Assembly: GCA_021373115.1 (NCBI GenBank)
Contig: JAJFTI010000036.1
Coordinates: forward strand, 12,524-76,523
DNA from: Eubacteriales bacterium
GTDB lineage: Bacteria; Bacillota; Clostridia; Christensenellales; CAG-138
Reading direction: 5' to 3'
DNA: 64,000 bases
Made by a program: the position numbers and the translations under genes. Shown here one piece after another: positions 63,370-64,000 of this stretch; within the stretch, counting starts at the first letter, position 1; each line of letters starts with the position of its first letter. A model generated the notes under the pieces. It worked only from the letters and a program-made list of their open reading frames with translations, searched no databases and was not told the origin of the DNA.

Positions 63370-64000
63370 CTATTTGACCACCGCTCCTTCCGAAGCGGAC
63401 GAGACCATTCTCGCATACCGCGCCAGATACCCCGTTTTGACCCTCGGTTCGGGCGGCTGCCAGCTCTTTCTGCGTTCATCCAGTTCCGCGCCGGATAGTC
63501 GAACGTTCAGCGTGCCCGCCGGAATGTCAATCTCAATCACGTCGCCTGTTCTCAGCAGCGCGATATTGCCGCCGCTCGCCGCCTCCGGCGAAACGTGGCC
63601 GATCGCCGCGCCGCGCGACGCGCCGGAGAAGCGCCCATCCGTAATCAGCGCGACGGTCGCGTCCAGCCCCATGCCCGCAATCGCGGAGGTCGGCCCCAGC
63701 ATTTCACGCATTCCCGGGCCGCCCTTCGGCCCTTCGTAACGGATCACGACCACATCGCCTTCCCGAATCTGCATGCCATAGATCGCGCTAATCGCCTCTT
63801 CCTCGGAGTCGAATACCTTTGCGGTTCCCGTGTGGCGCATCATGCTTTCCAGAACCGCCGCGCGCTTGACCACCGCGCCGTCCGGCGCGATGTTCCCTTT
63901 CAGGATCGCAATGCCCCCGGTCTTTGAATACGGCTCCTTGCAGGAGCGGATCACGCTTGCATTTCGAATGCTCGCCTGCTTCACCGCTTCTTCCATCGAT
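63370..64000 (-). CDS. ilvD: Dihydroxy-acid dehydratase, C-terminal part (N-terminus beyond the right edge)
   Basis: Segments [18 protein letters not shown]...[18 protein letters not shown]...[25 protein letters not shown]. The internal Met of track ORF 63370..63996 is not the real start. Confidence 0.9.
   Translation of the reverse strand, partial: SMEEAVKQASIRNASVIRSCKEPYSKTGGIAILKGNIAPDGAVVKRAAVLESMMRHTGTAKVFDSEEEAISAIYGMQIREGDVVVIRYEGPKGGPGMREMLGPTSAIAGMGLDATVALITDGRFSGASRGAAIGHVSPEAASGGNIALLRTGDVIEIDIPAGTLNVRLSGAELDERRKSWQPPEPRVKTGYLARYARMVSSASEGAVVK

Overview
Gene-dense, high-GC chromosomal segment. Gene content suggests a Clostridia/Oscillospirales-like Firmicute: FabK-type fab operon, tungsten-type AOR, and a Flg_new/MBG surface protein. 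This taxonomic call is inference only. I recognised no rRNA, tRNA, CRISPR array, transposase or integrase.

Layout, left to right:
(1) Truncated arsM preceded by a Cys-pair MarR.
(2) A small convergent pair: a hypothetical protein and a GIY-YIG protein.
(3) A visibly AT-richer island carrying an orphan BMP-family lipoprotein.
(4) putP.
(5) A MarR plus a heterodimeric ABC exporter.
(6) An envelope cluster: HAD-GtrA fusion, two large polytopic membrane proteins, a UbiA-type polyprenyl-phosphate phosphoribosyltransferase and an LRR protein.
(7) A long minus-strand block: AOR + FeS protein, a MoaD-like protein, CoADR-rhodanese, ACR3, thioredoxin-like protein, CcdA, a frameshifted TlpA-like thioredoxin, a Cys-rich ferredoxin, an ArsP-like permease and ArsR.
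(8) A complete acc/fab operon with a FabT-like MarR.
(9) A P2-type ATPase translationally coupled to two TrkA/RCK proteins.
(10) A SAM methyltransferase.
(11) pyrBICFKDE behind a leader-peptide/terminator attenuator.
(12) eno.
(13) A 2069-aa surface protein.
(14) ilvD-leuACDB-ilvN-ilvC.

The best candidate for an undescribed system is the 10.2-17.8 kb cluster. It resembles the mycobacterial decaprenyl-phosphoribose pathway but has no epimerase in the window. Other notable items are Cys-pair MarR regulators, an ars-like operon containing a thiol-disulfide relay and no arsC, the ATPase + RCK operon, and an E. coli pyrBI-style attenuator.

CDS coordinates come from the supplied ORF track. Starts were re-picked by codon counting where an upstream extension looked spurious. 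Small motifs were hand-counted and may be off by 1-2 nt. No searches or computations were run.
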